Shown here piece by piece: positions 24,701 to 38,508 of a stretch of 64,000 nt of DNA; position 1 is the first letter of the stretch, and every line of letters begins with the position of its first letter. The DNA is from Octopus vulgaris. Taxonomy: Eukaryota. The stretch is taken from positions 22,878,001 through 22,942,000 of the forward strand of contig OX597816.1 in the NCBI GenBank assembly GCA_951406725.2, written 5' to 3'. The position numbers and the translations under genes are program-made. A model generated the notes under the pieces. That model did not search any database and was not told the DNA's origin. It saw nothing but the letters and a program-made list of their open reading frames with translations.

Positions 24701-27418
24701 TTGGTTCCGCGTAAGGGAAACGTTGCTGTGTTGCATTTGTTAGATAATTGTAAACTGTAACCCTCCACATTTGGGAGAAGGTGCTTTGGTTATTGTTGAA
24801 AAATTGAATTGTGTCCGTGTTTGGGGAAATTGATAATATTTTCCCCGTTTACACGGAAGCATTTTTGTTAGAATGCCTTCGATAGAAGAAAGTCCAAAAA
24901 TGAATTTCGCTTCAGCCGTCGGCGGACTCAAACACATTAAAATTAAAATGGAAGAAATACAAATCTATTTCGGATTGATCACCGACAAAGACGGTGAATC
25001 AAGAATAACACCACCAAACGAAATAAAACATTAAATTAAAGAAAAGACTATTGTCTATAGTAGTATACAATGTAGAGAAGGAAAAAAGGTTTGAACACCT
25101 AGAGGAAAGCACCATCGAAAAGTATCTTGGTGCGACTATAAAAGATATCTAACCAGAGGCGGTTAATTCGCCACAATAGAAGCAAGGTTCGAGTCAACGG
25201 AGCGTGAAGGGAGTACTCAACTCGAAACTTGCAAAGGGGAAATATTTTATTTTCACCTTTATATCTGGGACGTAGGAAGCTCCGGATAAAAATTTAAAAT
25301 GCCCCTCCCACACACATACTTAAAATCAGTAGTAAATATTATGTAAACCCTTAACCTGTGTGCTGCAGAAATCTCGTTTCCAAGATTTTGAATATTTGGT
25401 TTCATTGAGTTTGTCGGAGTTATACAATTTATACTTAAGGAAATTCCTAAATAACACATTCTTTATTCGGGCATTGTCTGTAGTATTAGATTGTGAGTTA
25501 GTTATTAGACTATATAGAAGATATTGGCAATTTTAGTTTTGAGTTTTGTATCAGGGATATAAAATAGAGCTTGGTGGTTATATGAAGCATGAGTGTTAAA
25601 TATCTTCTCATTGGCATATAAGATTGAAATTCTAATAGAAATGGCCGTTACCATGCTATCGAGGGATAATCAAGGACGATTAGAGAGAATATGTAAGAAC
25701 TGAAGAGTTTGGTTGGGTTTCCTATATGGATAGTGAAGATTAATATTAAGATTAAGTATGATATCCATTTATTATCCATTTATTATCCTTTTCAAATACA
25801 ATATTTAAATTATAATTTTTAAAGAATTTTATCAAAAATAATAATAATAACACCATCGAAAAATACGTAGGAATGAGAACCCAGGTTCGAAATTTTTCCA
25901 CAAGACACCTGGAGAACGCTGAAGCGTATATCAGCCGACAGTTGTGTAAACAAGAAACAAGATATCCGTCGAATGTAAATAATGTAAATAAATACATAAA
26001 TCCTCATCTCTTAAATATAGAAAAGTTTCACTTACCGAAAAAATATATATGGAACCATTATCAACCAGTAACTGTATAATACAAAACAATGGTGATACTG
26101 TTGCCAGTTTATTGTTGTATAACACTCGGTGACTGAGTGGTAATATTTTTCTCGATATAGGAAGTAAAATATCAACAAGGACCATTATCAATTAGTATTA
26201 ATTATTACATAATAATAAGTTAAAAATTAAAAGCATTTGTACCATCCCACTAATTAAATGTGCAAGTAATTACTAATATGAGAGAGGTTTTATTTAGTCT
26301 GAAATCCTCCACAATTTGACCTGCATTGCAGCTTTTAGTGTAATTGCCTTCAACTGCATAAGAGTAATAGCCCAATCAAATACCAAAAACCGATTACATA
26401 TTGGGTGAAGGAAGTTGTATGTAAAAACATGGAAAATATAATAGCATCTGCTCATTATTAAGGGGTCGGCTTTGCATTCGTTCACTGCGTGATCGATAAA
26501 ATAAGAATCGTGTGAGTATTGGTATCTACGTTATGAGTTCAAATTCCGCTGAGGTCGACTTTGCCTTTCATCATTTCGGGCTCGATTAAATAAGTACCAG
26601 TTACACACTGGTTTGTCTGTCCTTCTTTGTCCCCTCTGTTTTTAGGCCGTTGTGAGTAGTAAAGAAATAGGTAGTTCGTCTACTGTTACGTTCTGAGTCC
26701 AAATTCCGCCGAAGTCGACTTTGCCTTTCATCCTTTCGGGGTCGATTAAATAAGTACCAGTTAAGCACTGGGATCGATGTAATCGACTTAATGCGTTTGT
26801 CTGTCTTTGTTTGTCCCCTCTGTGTTTAGGCCCTTGTGGCACATCTAGATCGTATGTACTGCTAGAGTTGACGTAGTCAACTCCCACGTCACTGCTAATT
26901 TATAGCCTTGTATCAATAGAGAGATGATTATAGTTATTACTGTTTAGTGAGCAAGAAATGCATGCTTTCAAAGTGACACTGGTGTATGAATATACGAAGC
27001 TAATATCACATCATGACAACCCATTTGGTAATGGTACGCCTGGCATATGCATCACAACCATATGATCGCGACATACTGATCTCTTATGAAAACTAACAAG
27101 GCATGACCTTGCCAGTGGGGCAAGGAATTTTTTTCATGTCATGTAACTCATCCTTATCAAAACGTCCCTGAATAAAGTTTAACGATCATAAACGAAACAC
27201 CCATGTTTCCAGAGGTAACTTATTCAAACCCCAATAAATTCCTTTCAACATAGTTACAGTGCTCCCCTGCTACTCCTACTAGTGATCAGAGATGAACATA
27301 TTGTCAGCCATTAAGAGACATTCCCAATAACTGTTATTTCTGTTTTTCACAGACTTTCGAATATTCTCTTCATATTTCTCAGTAATTTTGATTTCTATGG
27401 TGTCAACTTTGTCATCAT

Positions 27419-27648
27419 AGGCGTAGGAGTGTCTGTATGGTAAGTAGCTTGCTAATGAACCGCATGGTTCCTGGTTCAGTCCCAATTCGTGGAACCTTGT
27501 GGAAGTGTCTTCTACAATAGCCTCGGGCCGACCAAAGCCTTGTGGGTGGATTTGGTAGGCGAAAACTGAAAGAAGCCCGTCGTATATATGTATGTATATA
27601 TATGTATATATAAATATATATATATATATATATGTATGTATGTGTATA

Positions 27649-27705
<57 letters not shown>

Positions 27706-27955
27706 GTGTATATATATATATATGTATGTATGTATGTGTATAAATGTTTGCGTGTCTGTGTTTGTCCACCCAACATCGCTTGACAACCGATGCTGGTGTG
27801 TTTACGTCCCCGTAATTTAGCGGTTCGGCGACAAAGAATGATAGAATAAGTACTAGAGTTACAAAGAAAAAAAGTCTTGGGGTTGATTTGATCGACTAAA
27901 AGTGGTGCACCAGCATGGCCAGTCAAATGATTGAAACAAATATAAGAGTAAAGAG
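27419..27955 (+). mobile_element. SINE family B (duplicate at about 49337-49890)
   Basis: Full-length match; present in both duplication units. Confidence 0.85.
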
Positions 27956-28489
27956 AGATAGGAAATTGCAAAGCCTACGATCTTCCAGTGTTTATTTTAT
28001 CCTCTACAATGATATCTGGTCATCATGTGTCACTACCTTGGACAACTTTTATGAGAAAGTCCCATTAGTCACCTTAATTCTTGTTCTTAGATTCTGTTTC
28101 CTCTCGCTGTCCCCTGTTTGCGTCCAAGAGAAACCTCTAAATATAATCAATCAAGGAACCCAACAGATGAAGGATGACAACCGAATCACCTGCCCTTTTC
28201 CAATTGGTGCTCTCCAAACTAATCTAAAATAACACCAATAGATTAGAGAGCAACAGTTGGGAGCAGACACGTTCTTTTCATGGTTATGGTAATTCTAAAT
28301 GCCTTTCCTTCATTGGTCCTTGATGGGATCTCCAGTATGAGGAAAGCTGAATCAGTCATGTTATTATTTAATTGCATTTTATATTTTTTCCTTTCCTTCT
28401 CTTTATCTTCTATGTCAATCCCCAAGCAAATTAACTTTCTTTGTAATGTCGCCCTCATCATGTCAAGATATGTAATGAAAGTTATTACC

Positions 28490-28528
<39 letters not shown>

Positions 28529-28531
<3 letters not shown>

Positions 28532-28910
28532 TAGTTTTATTTTTATAGCGTGCTTTCACTTCACTACCGAGCACAGCTCTGTGTGCCTTGGGTATGTGCT
28601 GTGATTTGTTGTGATGCTCTGATGGTTATTGTATGGAAAGTGTTCTGCGTAGGATGTGTGCAGTGCCTAGTAGTGCAATTTTCTGTATGTTATATGTGTT
28701 TGTACGTCCTGGTGTTTTTGTTATGTATTTGTCTGAATATTTTTTTATCATGCCTAATGCACCTACTATGATAGGAATTGTTTCTGGTTTCAGATTCCAC
28801 ATTCTAGTTACCTCTATTTCCAGGTCTTTGTATTTTGAGAGTTTCTCCATTTCTTTTAGAGACACGTTGTCATCAGCCGGTATTGATACATCAATTAGAA
28901 AGCATTTTTT
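28529..28910 (-). mobile_element. R4/Dong-like 3' end with REL endonuclease motif; second diverged copy at about 29162-29480
   Basis: CFLIDVSIPADDNV..KE.EK..KYKDL..E..RMW...IPIIVGALG; 3' end abuts (TAA)n. Confidence 0.85.
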
Positions 28911-29093
28911 TTCCTTTCCCTTCATTCTCTTTATCTTCTATGTCAATCCCCAAGCAAATTGTTAACTTTCTTTGTGATGTCGCCCTCATCATTATTATTA
29001 TTATTATTATTATGATTATTATTATGATTATTATTATGATGATTATTATTATTATTATTATAATTATTGTTGTTGTTGTTGTTGTTGTTGTTC

Positions 29094-29163
<70 letters not shown>

Positions 29164-29493
29164 ATAGTTATAATTTTATAATGTGATTCCACTTCACTAC
29201 CAAGCGCAGTTCTGTTTGCCTTGGGTATGTGCTGCGGGTTATTGTGATGCTCTTATGGTTACTGTATTGAAAGTGTTTTGCATAGGATGTGTGCAGTGCA
29301 CAGTAATGCAATTTTCTGTATGTTGTATGTATTTGTAAGTCCAGGTGCGTTTGTTATATATTTCTCTGAATATTTCTTTATCATACCCTATGCGCCCACT
29401 ATGATAGGGATTGTTTCTGTTTTTAGATTCCACATTCGATTTACCTCTATTTTCAAGTATTTGTATTTTGAGAGTTTCTATTGTATTTTGAGA

Positions 29494-29549
<56 letters not shown>

Positions 29550-30009
29550 GATTATTATTGCGTTAGGGAGAAGTGCATGTCATCAAAGTGACACTGACAT
29601 ATAAATGTATGAAGCCCAATATACGTATCATGGCTACCCGACTGATATGATTACACCAGGCTAATGATTCACAAACATATATGTGCGACATCGTGACTTC
29701 ATATCAAAATGAAAATAAATAGGCATCGGAGGGGTGATGAAAGCTATGCGCACAGATAAATATTTTCGGAGATTATAGTGTGCCTTAGAATGCGTTGCTT
29801 AGCCATGCTTTTTAAGTGGAATTTTTTTTAGTATCACCACTAGCGATACTGATATTCAGGTGATATCAAGAAATCAAGTTGTAAATAAACTAAACCCTGG
29901 AATCCGTCGGTGCACACTAACACACACTCACACAAACACACACATATACACACAGACATACACACACACACACAGTCGCATATCTGTGTATGCATTTATG
30001 TATGTAAAT

Positions 30010-30165
30010 AGGCGCAGGAGTGGCTGTGTTGTAAGTAGCTTGCTAACCAGCCACATGGTTCCGAGTTCAGTCCCACTGCGTGGCAGCTTGGGCAAGTGTC
30101 TTCTGCTATAGCCCCGGGCCGACCAATGCCTTGTGAGTGGATTTGGTAGACGGAAATTGAAAGAA

Positions 30166-30199
<34 letters not shown>

Positions 30200-30390
30200 A
30201 TATATATGTGTGTGTGTTTGTGTGTCTGTGTTTGTCCCTCTAGCATTGCTTGACAACCGATGCTGGTGTGATTACGTCCCCGTCACCTAGCGGTTCGGCA
30301 AAAAAGACCGATAGAATAAGTACTGCGCTTACAAAGAATAAGTCCCGGGGTTGATATGCACGTCTAAAGGCGAGTAAATAAGAGAGTAAA
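30010..30390 (+). mobile_element. SINE family B
   Basis: Match with 3' deletion. Confidence 0.85.
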
Positions 30391-30629
30391 TATGTATGTA
30401 TCCACATGTATCGACATGCATAAGTACACCAAGATATATACACATGCAGATGGGGGTCGATTCATATGAAAAAGAAAGTGAACAAAATAACCTGACGACT
30501 CGCTTATCAAGAAATTTGTAAGTTCGATTTAAAAATTATTTTAAAGTATCACCATTATACTTATCCATAATCCGGTGAACTTAAGAAATCAAGCAGTAAA
30601 TAAACGAAACCTTCGAATCCATCACTGTA

Positions 30630-30670
<41 letters not shown>

Positions 30671-30844
30671 ACACACACACATGCACACATACACACACAC
30701 ACACAGTTGCATATTTATGTATGTATATCATTCAGTTTTATTTCAAGATTTCTTGCCAGTGGAGAAAAAGCCAGTTCTTAACCTATGATCAAGGCTCCTT
30801 TATTGGAATTTCTACGTCAACAGGCTATTATTGTTTGTATATAC

Positions 30845-30875
<31 letters not shown>

Positions 30876-31059
30876 TGTTTGTATGTATGTATGCATGAGT
30901 GTATGTATGTATGTATATACGTATGTATGTATGTATGTATGTATTATGTATGAATGCATTATGTATGTATGTATGTATGTATGTATGTATCTAGGTGCAG
31001 ATTAGTATGTTTAAAGTATATATATACATGCATAGAGTTACATATCTAGACATGCTGAT

Positions 31060-31270
31060 ATATATTTAAGTGATAAACTTCTGGAAAGATTTACAGATTT
31101 TTACAGTTCCAGTGATGGGTTGGATCTGTAATCTTCGAATTAGATTTCTCCATTCTGGTTTTGAGAAGCCTAATTTCTCATGATTGCTTTTCAGGTAGTG
31201 TGTTACATATTCCAGAGCCCCAATAATTAAAGTTATAAACCTGAACTTGTAATCTAGATAGAGTACCTGT
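31060..31270 (-). mobile_element. Old REL-LINE 3' fragment; related pieces at about 13045-13230 and 52980-53190
   Basis: YKFRFITLIIGALEYV...LGFS...LIRRLQ...GTVKICKSFQKF. Confidence 0.55.
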
Positions 31271-32203
31271 AGATTTTTATGTATGTATATATGTATGTAT
31301 ATAAGTATGTATGCATGTATGTATGCATGTATTATGTAGCCATACGTACCTGCGCGCATAGGCACACCATGATCTATACACACGCAGACGACGGTCGATA
31401 TATATGAAAAAGAAATTGCCCAAAATTATATGGCCATTTGCTTATCCGGAAATTTGTAATTTGTTTTTAAAGATAATCTAACTAAGTGTTCATTTTGAGT
31501 GACTCACCCTGTGAGTACTTCTGCTAAATGTAGTGTAAATTCGTTCAGCCGTTTTCCATTAATTTTGCAAACACATGGACAACAAAGACGAGTGATTACA
31601 ATACCCTGATTTCTTCGCTCATGTACGGAGGGCAATAAACAGACTAAGACCTTGCAGGTGGGACACAGTTAGAACTTTCTTCAGCACGCATAGCCATTCT
31701 CGCTTAAAAGGTCCCTGAATAAATGTTGTTTAAGGGTGAAGAACGAAACACCCATCTTTCCAGAGGTGAATTATTCAAATCCCAACGAATGTCTTTCAAC
31801 CCATAGCTATTATGCTGCCCCACTACTCCCACTCGGGATTAGAGATGCGCATATCTTCAACCACCGATAAACATGCTCCACTGATGAAGATCAAACAAGT
31901 GACAAATAAATCTGTGGTATTGAGCAGAATATTTGCGGTGGCCAATCTCTTACACCAAGACAAGATATGTACGTGATAAAACAACCAATCAATTAAGCTG
32001 AGAAGCCGTAAGAGCCAAATGCTTGGTATTACCTTAGGGCGGCGAGCTAGCTAAATTGTTAGCACATGGGACAAAATACTCAACTGCATTTTCCGCCTTT
32101 ACGTTCTGGATTCAAAGTACGCGAAGGCTGGCGATTACATTCGTCCCTTAGTTTACGATGAAATAAATACATCTCAAGTACTCTGATGATAAATAAATAT
32201 ATA

Positions 32204-32265
<62 letters not shown>

Positions 32266-32428
32266 ACAGTAAAAGATAAAATCATTCATGATGTTATCAG
32301 GTAGTAGACATGAAACTATTAAAAAGAATTGTATTTGTAGGTAATTTGTAGGTAAATTCTATATTAAGAATTATATACAGAGTTATATGTATTTTTATAC
32401 ATATAAAGGTATTTTCTTGTTTGGATTA

Positions 32429-32481
<53 letters not shown>

Positions 32482-32851
32482 AGTTAATCCGAACAAGCAA
32501 AAAAAAACAGAAAACAAACAACGCAAGGACGGGGAACAAATAAAGTATTATTGGACGCTCAGGAAGGAAGGGAAGAAGGAGGATATATATATATATATAC
32601 ATATATATAGAATAAATGTAGGGTGAAATTTTTTGGAAAAAAAATTTATTAATGGGCAACATATTAAAAAAAAACCTTTAAAGGTTAAATTCACAAACAA
32701 CTTATAAATAAGGGCAAACGAAAAAATTTCTAATACCAAATATGCCGAAATTTGACACCCATGGATATATTTGGGGTTCTTAATTGTGCTCAGAACTCAG
32801 TGTTTGGTTCTTCCATGGGTATGAGTATATCATTTATTTATTTGCAACATT

Positions 32852-32904
32852 TATCACTGATGAAGGGAGGGTTCTTACGAACTAACCCTGAAATCCGTCC
32901 GATA
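32852..32904 (+). ncRNA. Hammerhead-like motif inside a short element with inverted ends (32735-32760 / 32990-33016)
   Basis: TATCA CTGATGA AGGG..GTTC TTAC GAAC..CCCT GAAA TCC GTC CGATA; stem II good, stems I and III imperfect. Confidence 0.55.
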
Positions 32905-33044
32905 TGGTAATAAAGGAATTTTTTAGAAATTTCTATCGACCTTTTATTGAGTAGCGTGCGGCATGTGAAAAATTATATTGTTATGGACAGGGTGTCTAAT
33001 TTCGGCATATTTGGCATTAGAAATACATATACATATAAATATAT

Positions 33045-33760
33045 ATTGCTCTTACTCTGCGATAACATTCTGTCCTGATCCTTTCCTTCATCACTGAATG
33101 CCTTATTCCGTCCCCTTCAATTACCCCTAGGTATATGTAGCACTCCGCTGGGTCTAATTCTTTTATGACATTCTGCTGGTCAAGGTTAACGTTAGATGAA
33201 TCTACATTTTTCCTTTGATAAAGGTAGATTTTGCACATTTATCGAGGCCAAATTGCATTCTGATGTCATCACTGAATTGTTTAACAATCTCTAGTAAGCC
33301 CTTGAGTTGTTGGACATTTTTTGCAAAGAGCTTTAAATCATACATGATTTATATTTTAATCAAACATTTTATATCCGTACTGCGCGTCATTGAGCAATTT
33401 TGAGAGAGGTATTAAGGCTAAACAAAACAGGAGTGGTGATAGTGAGTCACTCTGGAAAATGCCACATGACATTTTTACTTCACCAGCATTTAGAGATTCA
33501 TTGTCACTGTTCAAAGTTAGTGTGGTTCTCCATGATCTCATACTTACAGACAAAAAGTTTCGCAGAGTAGGTGCTATTTTATACATTTCCAGGCATTTCT
33601 TAATGCAGCTATGTGGTAGGCTATCAAAAGCCTTTTTATAGTCTATCCAGGCTATTGATAGGTTTTTGTGTTGTTCGTGACAATCTTCTAACTTCATCTT
33701 ATTGATGAGTAGTTAATTTTACAACCATAGGATCCACGTTTACATTCTTTTTTACATCCT
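33045..33760 (-). mobile_element. R4/Dong-like RT fragment
   Basis: AWIDYKKAFDSLPHS, GIFQSDSLSPLLFCLALIPLS, Y.YLGV; abuts (TAA)n. Confidence 0.85.
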
Positions 33761-33768
33761 TTTTATTA

Positions 33769-33838
<70 letters not shown>

Positions 33839-33911
33839 CATTATTATTATCATTATTATTATTACTACTATTATTATTATTCTTGTTGTATTTATTATTA
33901 TTATTATTATT

Positions 33912-33944
<33 letters not shown>

Positions 33945-33954
33945 GTCGTCATCA

Positions 33955-33986
<32 letters not shown>

Positions 33987-34147
33987 TTTATTATTGATAT
34001 TATTATTAAGATTATTATTGCGTTAGGGAGCAGTGCATGTCATCAAAGTGACATTGAAATATAAATATACGAAGCCCAATATACGTATCATGGCTACCCG
34101 ACTAAGATTTCGTTGGAATGTTAATATCAGAAACGGTGTTTTTATAG

Positions 34148-34181
<34 letters not shown>

Positions 34182-34209
34182 TGTATGTACGTATGTATGT
34201 ATGTATGTA

Positions 34210-34655
34210 TTATTAGAATTGAAGATAGAAGGATTCCTAAGCAGATGCTCTATGGAGATTTTGTGAATGGAAGGAGACTCCGGCAGAAACCAAGGCTGCG
34301 ATTTAAGCACTGTGTCAAATCCTCGTTAAAGTCTTTTGAAATACAGGACACTGACTGGGAGAACAATGCCTGTTATTGCCACATATGGAGGAAGCAGGTT
34401 AAGGAGGGGATCGACACTTTTGAGAGAGGACGTATCCAGCATGAAGAACTTAAGCGAGCTGCGCGAAAGCGAACGGCTCATATAGTGAATGGGGAAAGCT
34501 TCTTCTGCAATGTTTGCAGTCGTGTATGCTTGTCAAGAGCAGGGCTCATTAGCCACCAACGGAGCCGCAAATGCAAAATATAAGTTAGTCTTAGAGCGCA
34601 CAATGTTCCTGAAGGTCGGCAATGATCTTCCTCGGTCACGAGTGGACGGCCATCA
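34210..34655 (+). mobile_element. RTE-clade LINE 3' fragment
   Basis: RIEDRRIPKQMLYG...GRR...KPRLRFK..VK..LK...W..W and a C-terminal C2H2-like finger (CNVCSRVCLSRAGLISH); in (ATGT)n. Confidence 0.8.
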
Positions 34656-34678
34656 TGTATGTATGTATGTATGTATGT

Positions 34679-35685
34679 AACTTACTTAGAATAACTTAGA
34701 AAGGTTTTGGCCAGTATTGGCCCAGGCCATGTCTAACTTAATAGCACCACCTGGCGAAGTCTTTCAATTCAGGATTTGGGCACCAAGGCCATTCGAGCAG
34801 AGAGTTATTGTTTGCGGAGACATATCCGGGTGTGGGTGGTTTGTCCGAGACTCTTTGAAGGAATTTGTCCAAAGACTTCTCGAATTTTGTGTGGTCAGTT
34901 TCTTTTTTGACGTGTCCTGGTGTAATGTTGAAGAGAGCGGGTCCAATTGAGGTGAAATAGTTGTGCCGTATTGTCGTTATGTGATGCGATTTAGATTTTT
35001 GTTGTGGACGGATGGCACGTGGTCCAAGCCTTGGATGTATTTTGAAGGTGATGCCAACATCATTAGGACAGTGCTGATGGAATATTTTCCACATCATACA
35101 GATAATGTAGCGTTCACGGCGTCGTTGGAGTGAATACAATTTCAGCTTCTCTAGTCTACCCCAGTAGTCAAGGTCTGGCATGCCATCTATCTTTTCTGTG
35201 ATTGACCTTTGGGGAGCTTCAATTCTCATATTTTGTTTTGTGTAGGGAGACCACAGTGGACAGCAATATTCAAGGTGGGGTCGGGCAAAAGTGGAGAAGA
35301 GAAGGATAATAGTGTGGGAATCTCTCGACTGGAAGGTTCTGAGAATCCAGAATCACATTCATGTCAACTTTGCTGCTTATATGTGTAGCCCAGCTTATGT
35401 TGTTGTCCACTGTTACTCCCAAGTCTCTGATGTTGTTGGATGCCATGAGAATTTCTCCAGAAGGAAGAGAGTATGGGAGTTTCAGAGCGTCCTCCCTTCC
35501 AAAGTGGATCAGTTCGAATTTGTCTTCATTTAGCAACATGTTATTCTTTTCCGCCCATTGGACAACAGCCAGTAGGTCTGACTGAAGGCTTATTCGGTCA
35601 TCCACGCCATTGATGAACTTCTGGAGCTTGGAATCATCAGCGAAGGTTCTGATGTTACTGTGTTTGATGGTGTCAGTAATATCAA
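34679..35685 (-). mobile_element. Truncated, frameshifted CR1-group LINE related to 62587-64000
   Basis: ORF pieces 34738-35229 and 35270-35605 match the RT C-terminus of the 62679 ORF; shared 3' end GGCCATGTCTAACTTAATAGCACCACC. Confidence 0.9.
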
Positions 35686-36198
35686 GTATGTATGTATGTA
35701 TGTATGTATGTATGTATGTATGTATGTTTATATGTATGTATGTATGTATGTATGTGTGTGTATGTATGAATGAATGTATGTATGTATGTACCTATGTGTG
35801 TAAGTATGCGTTCAAGTATTTATATATATATATATATATGCATGCATGTATGTATGTCACTTTTCAGTTTAAGTTCGAGATTTCTTGCTAATAAAAAAAA
35901 TAACAATTTTCTAACCTAGATCCTAGACTCTTTCATTGGAATTTCAATATCAACATCTGCATTTTGTATGTATGTATGTATGTATGTATGTATGTATGTA
36001 TGTATGTGTGTGTGTGTATATATGTGTGTCTCTGTATGTATATATGTAAGTGTGTATGTATGTATGAATGAATTATGTACGTATGTATGTATGCATTATG
36101 TGTGTAAAAGGACTAGCTGGTATAGAGATATTTAAAATATAACATGTTTAATTTTTACAAATTATATTACACAGTGAATTTAAAATTGAGTACAGAAA

Positions 36199-36281
<83 letters not shown>

Positions 36282-36444
36282 ATGAAATTTGTCAAAAAAC
36301 AATCAGAGAGTAATTATACATAGAATATTCAAATGTAAAGACTCTTTTGTAGATTTGTATCAGTTTCTTATTTATGGATACATTAGCAACAGCTTTACTT
36401 GTAATTGTTTGTCACCTTTGAAACTAACGCTCTACCATTTAGCT

Positions 36445-38508
36445 CTAAATCTCGTTGTCGATATCATTTGCGTTCAGCCGTCCTATAAAACGTTCCCAAA
36501 ACATTCCTTCATATTGTTCGTCGTTCGGCCATTCGAGGTACGTTTTCTGTTTCAGTAGAATTCCAAGCCTATTAGTCTGTAAATTCGACGGAATTTCATT
36601 TAACAAAACAGGAATGATAATATCGTAGTGTTCTTCTAAGATCTTTTGCTGGGCAATACTTGCTTCAAACTGGCACCAGCTACTCTGAGCAAAATCATTT
36701 GACAACACTAGAACAACCTTACGGCTTTGTTGCATGCTGTCTACGATATTATCAACAATATCGTTTCCAACCAAAAAGTCCCTGTCATGTAAACATAAAT
36801 TGAAATGGTTTTCTTCTTCTATAATGGGTAAAAGTTTATTCAGAACCCAGTTGACGTCAGTGCTGCAATAACATATGAACGCATCGTACTTATATTGGCC
36901 ATTATTAACGAGCGCATTGTATTTTCTTTTTCTTACTAATGATTGGTAAATACAGAGGCGAATCGACCATCGTTTTATATATGATAATATTGCTGTAAAT
37001 ACAAACATCACTGACAGCACAGCTACAATCACTCCAGCAACGGCGATAGTAGATGGTTTGCTTATGTCTTTACAGTAATCCCAGCTTAGAGAAAAATTTC
37101 GCAAATGAATGTGACCAAGTGAGTTGGGACTGAAGCAACGGTAAATTTTGTAATTCTTCAATCGCCCTGCATTTCTCTGTGACCAGTCCCGAAACCAGAG
37201 TGTTTTGCAGTCACAAACGAATGGGTTGTTTGAGAGATCAATCTTCAGTTTCTCGTTGCTGAATAGTAAATGCGAAAATAATTTTGGATTAACATAGATA
37301 ATTTTATTATCCTTTAGCTCCAGTTTACGCAATACTGTCATAGCTGAGCAATTCACTTTGTTCCATTTGCTAACATCTGTGTAAGAAATGGTAAGTTCTC
37401 TAAGCTTATTCATATTACAAATCGCATCTGGGACGTTTCTAACCTGCCCATTAGTTATCTTGAGATTTTCCAGTTTAGTCAGTGGTTTAAGTAAATCGTT
37501 GGGGTTCATGTTACTGACATTTCTCAGAATCAAATTTCTTAGCTGTGTGCACGACTTTAATAACGAAGACGGTTTGCCTCCGTTAACAACAACATGAATG
37601 TTAGTTAGCTCCACTGATTCCAATAATTTGAGTTTGAAGACGTTCTGCTCAAATCTTATGATACGGTACTTAAGAGATACTAAACTTACTCCTCTTAGAC
37701 ATTTCAATTTCTGGAAAACGTCCGATCTGAATAAAAAGATATGACCAACAAAGATACCCAGTTTATTTAGACCGTCTAATCCTTTGAAAAAATTGCTGTT
37801 TAGGTAATTAAATCCTGATAAACCTATGAATAACTTTTCAAGTTTTGGGTAAAATATAAATCCAGATCCATTTTTAAATTTTGGTAAAGTTGAAATTTCG
37901 TTATGATACAAATCTAGATAAGTCAAATTAGGAAGATATCCCCAGTCGGTAACTGTGGTAATACCGTCTTCTTGAATATCAAGTTGTTCTAATCGATCTA
38001 TACCGGTGAAATAGCTGCCATCAAAACGTACTATATTGCATATTTTTATGAAAATTCTTGAAACGTTAGTTCCTCTGAGACCATCAAATATATCTTTAGT
38101 CAAATATTCGAATTTCATTTCATTGAAAACTAATTTTTTTGTAGTCAGTGGTAAACCAAACAGCACATTTCGTAATTCTGGAAGTGGCAACCAAAGTTTA
38201 ATAATTGCGACTTCTTGTATATACTTCAAAGACTTAAATACATCATTAGTAGATGTCTTAAGGACGGTGGACTTAATTAACAAATGTCCTAGTAAGGGCA
38301 GTTCTGTCAAATTTTGAAAGGTTTGGTTGTCCCAATTGTCAATTTTTAGATCTATGAATGTTACAGCTGTAGTGTAATTTGGTAAAGTTGGAACAAAATG
38401 GATCCCATAACATATGTATCTATCTTTTTTTATAACGCGACATCCTTTCACTTCACTACATGAAACATGAAATATCAGGAGGAGTACGCTTAGAGACAAA
38501 GAATTCAT
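36445..38508 (-). CDS. Toll-like receptor, paralogue 2, 687 aa
   Basis: Same architecture and length as 13882-15945, colinear without indels, offset 22563 bp; TIR nearly identical. Confidence 0.96.
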   Translation of the reverse strand: MNSLSLSVLLLIFHVSCSEVKGCRVIKKDRYICYGIHFVPTLPNYTTAVTFIDLKIDNWDNQTFQNLTELPLLGHLLIKSTVLKTSTNDVFKSLKYIQEVAIIKLWLPLPELRNVLFGLPLTTKKLVFNEMKFEYLTKDIFDGLRGTNVSRIFIKICNIVRFDGSYFTGIDRLEQLDIQEDGITTVTDWGYLPNLTYLDLYHNEISTLPKFKNGSGFIFYPKLEKLFIGLSGFNYLNSNFFKGLDGLNKLGIFVGHIFLFRSDVFQKLKCLRGVSLVSLKYRIIRFEQNVFKLKLLESVELTNIHVVVNGGKPSSLLKSCTQLRNLILRNVSNMNPNDLLKPLTKLENLKITNGQVRNVPDAICNMNKLRELTISYTDVSKWNKVNCSAMTVLRKLELKDNKIIYVNPKLFSHLLFSNEKLKIDLSNNPFVCDCKTLWFRDWSQRNAGRLKNYKIYRCFSPNSLGHIHLRNFSLSWDYCKDISKPSTIAVAGVIVAVLSVMFVFTAILSYIKRWSIRLCIYQSLVRKRKYNALVNNGQYKYDAFICYCSTDVNWVLNKLLPIIEEENHFNLCLHDRDFLVGNDIVDNIVDSMQQSRKVVLVLSNDFAQSSWCQFEASIAQQKILEEHYDIIIPVLLNEIPSNLQTNRLGILLKQKTYLEWPNDEQYEGMFWERFIGRLNANDIDNEI

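Noticed and set aside
25205-25240. Hammerhead-like GTGAAGG GAGT..ACTC GAAAC
   Set aside because: Core doubly mutated and no stem I; cannot be supported.
31495-31515. Minus-strand donor AGG|GTGAGT with overlapping TGACTCA as a candidate TLR first-exon end (also about 53685)
   Set aside because: Short motif inside repeat-like sequence; no transcript evidence.
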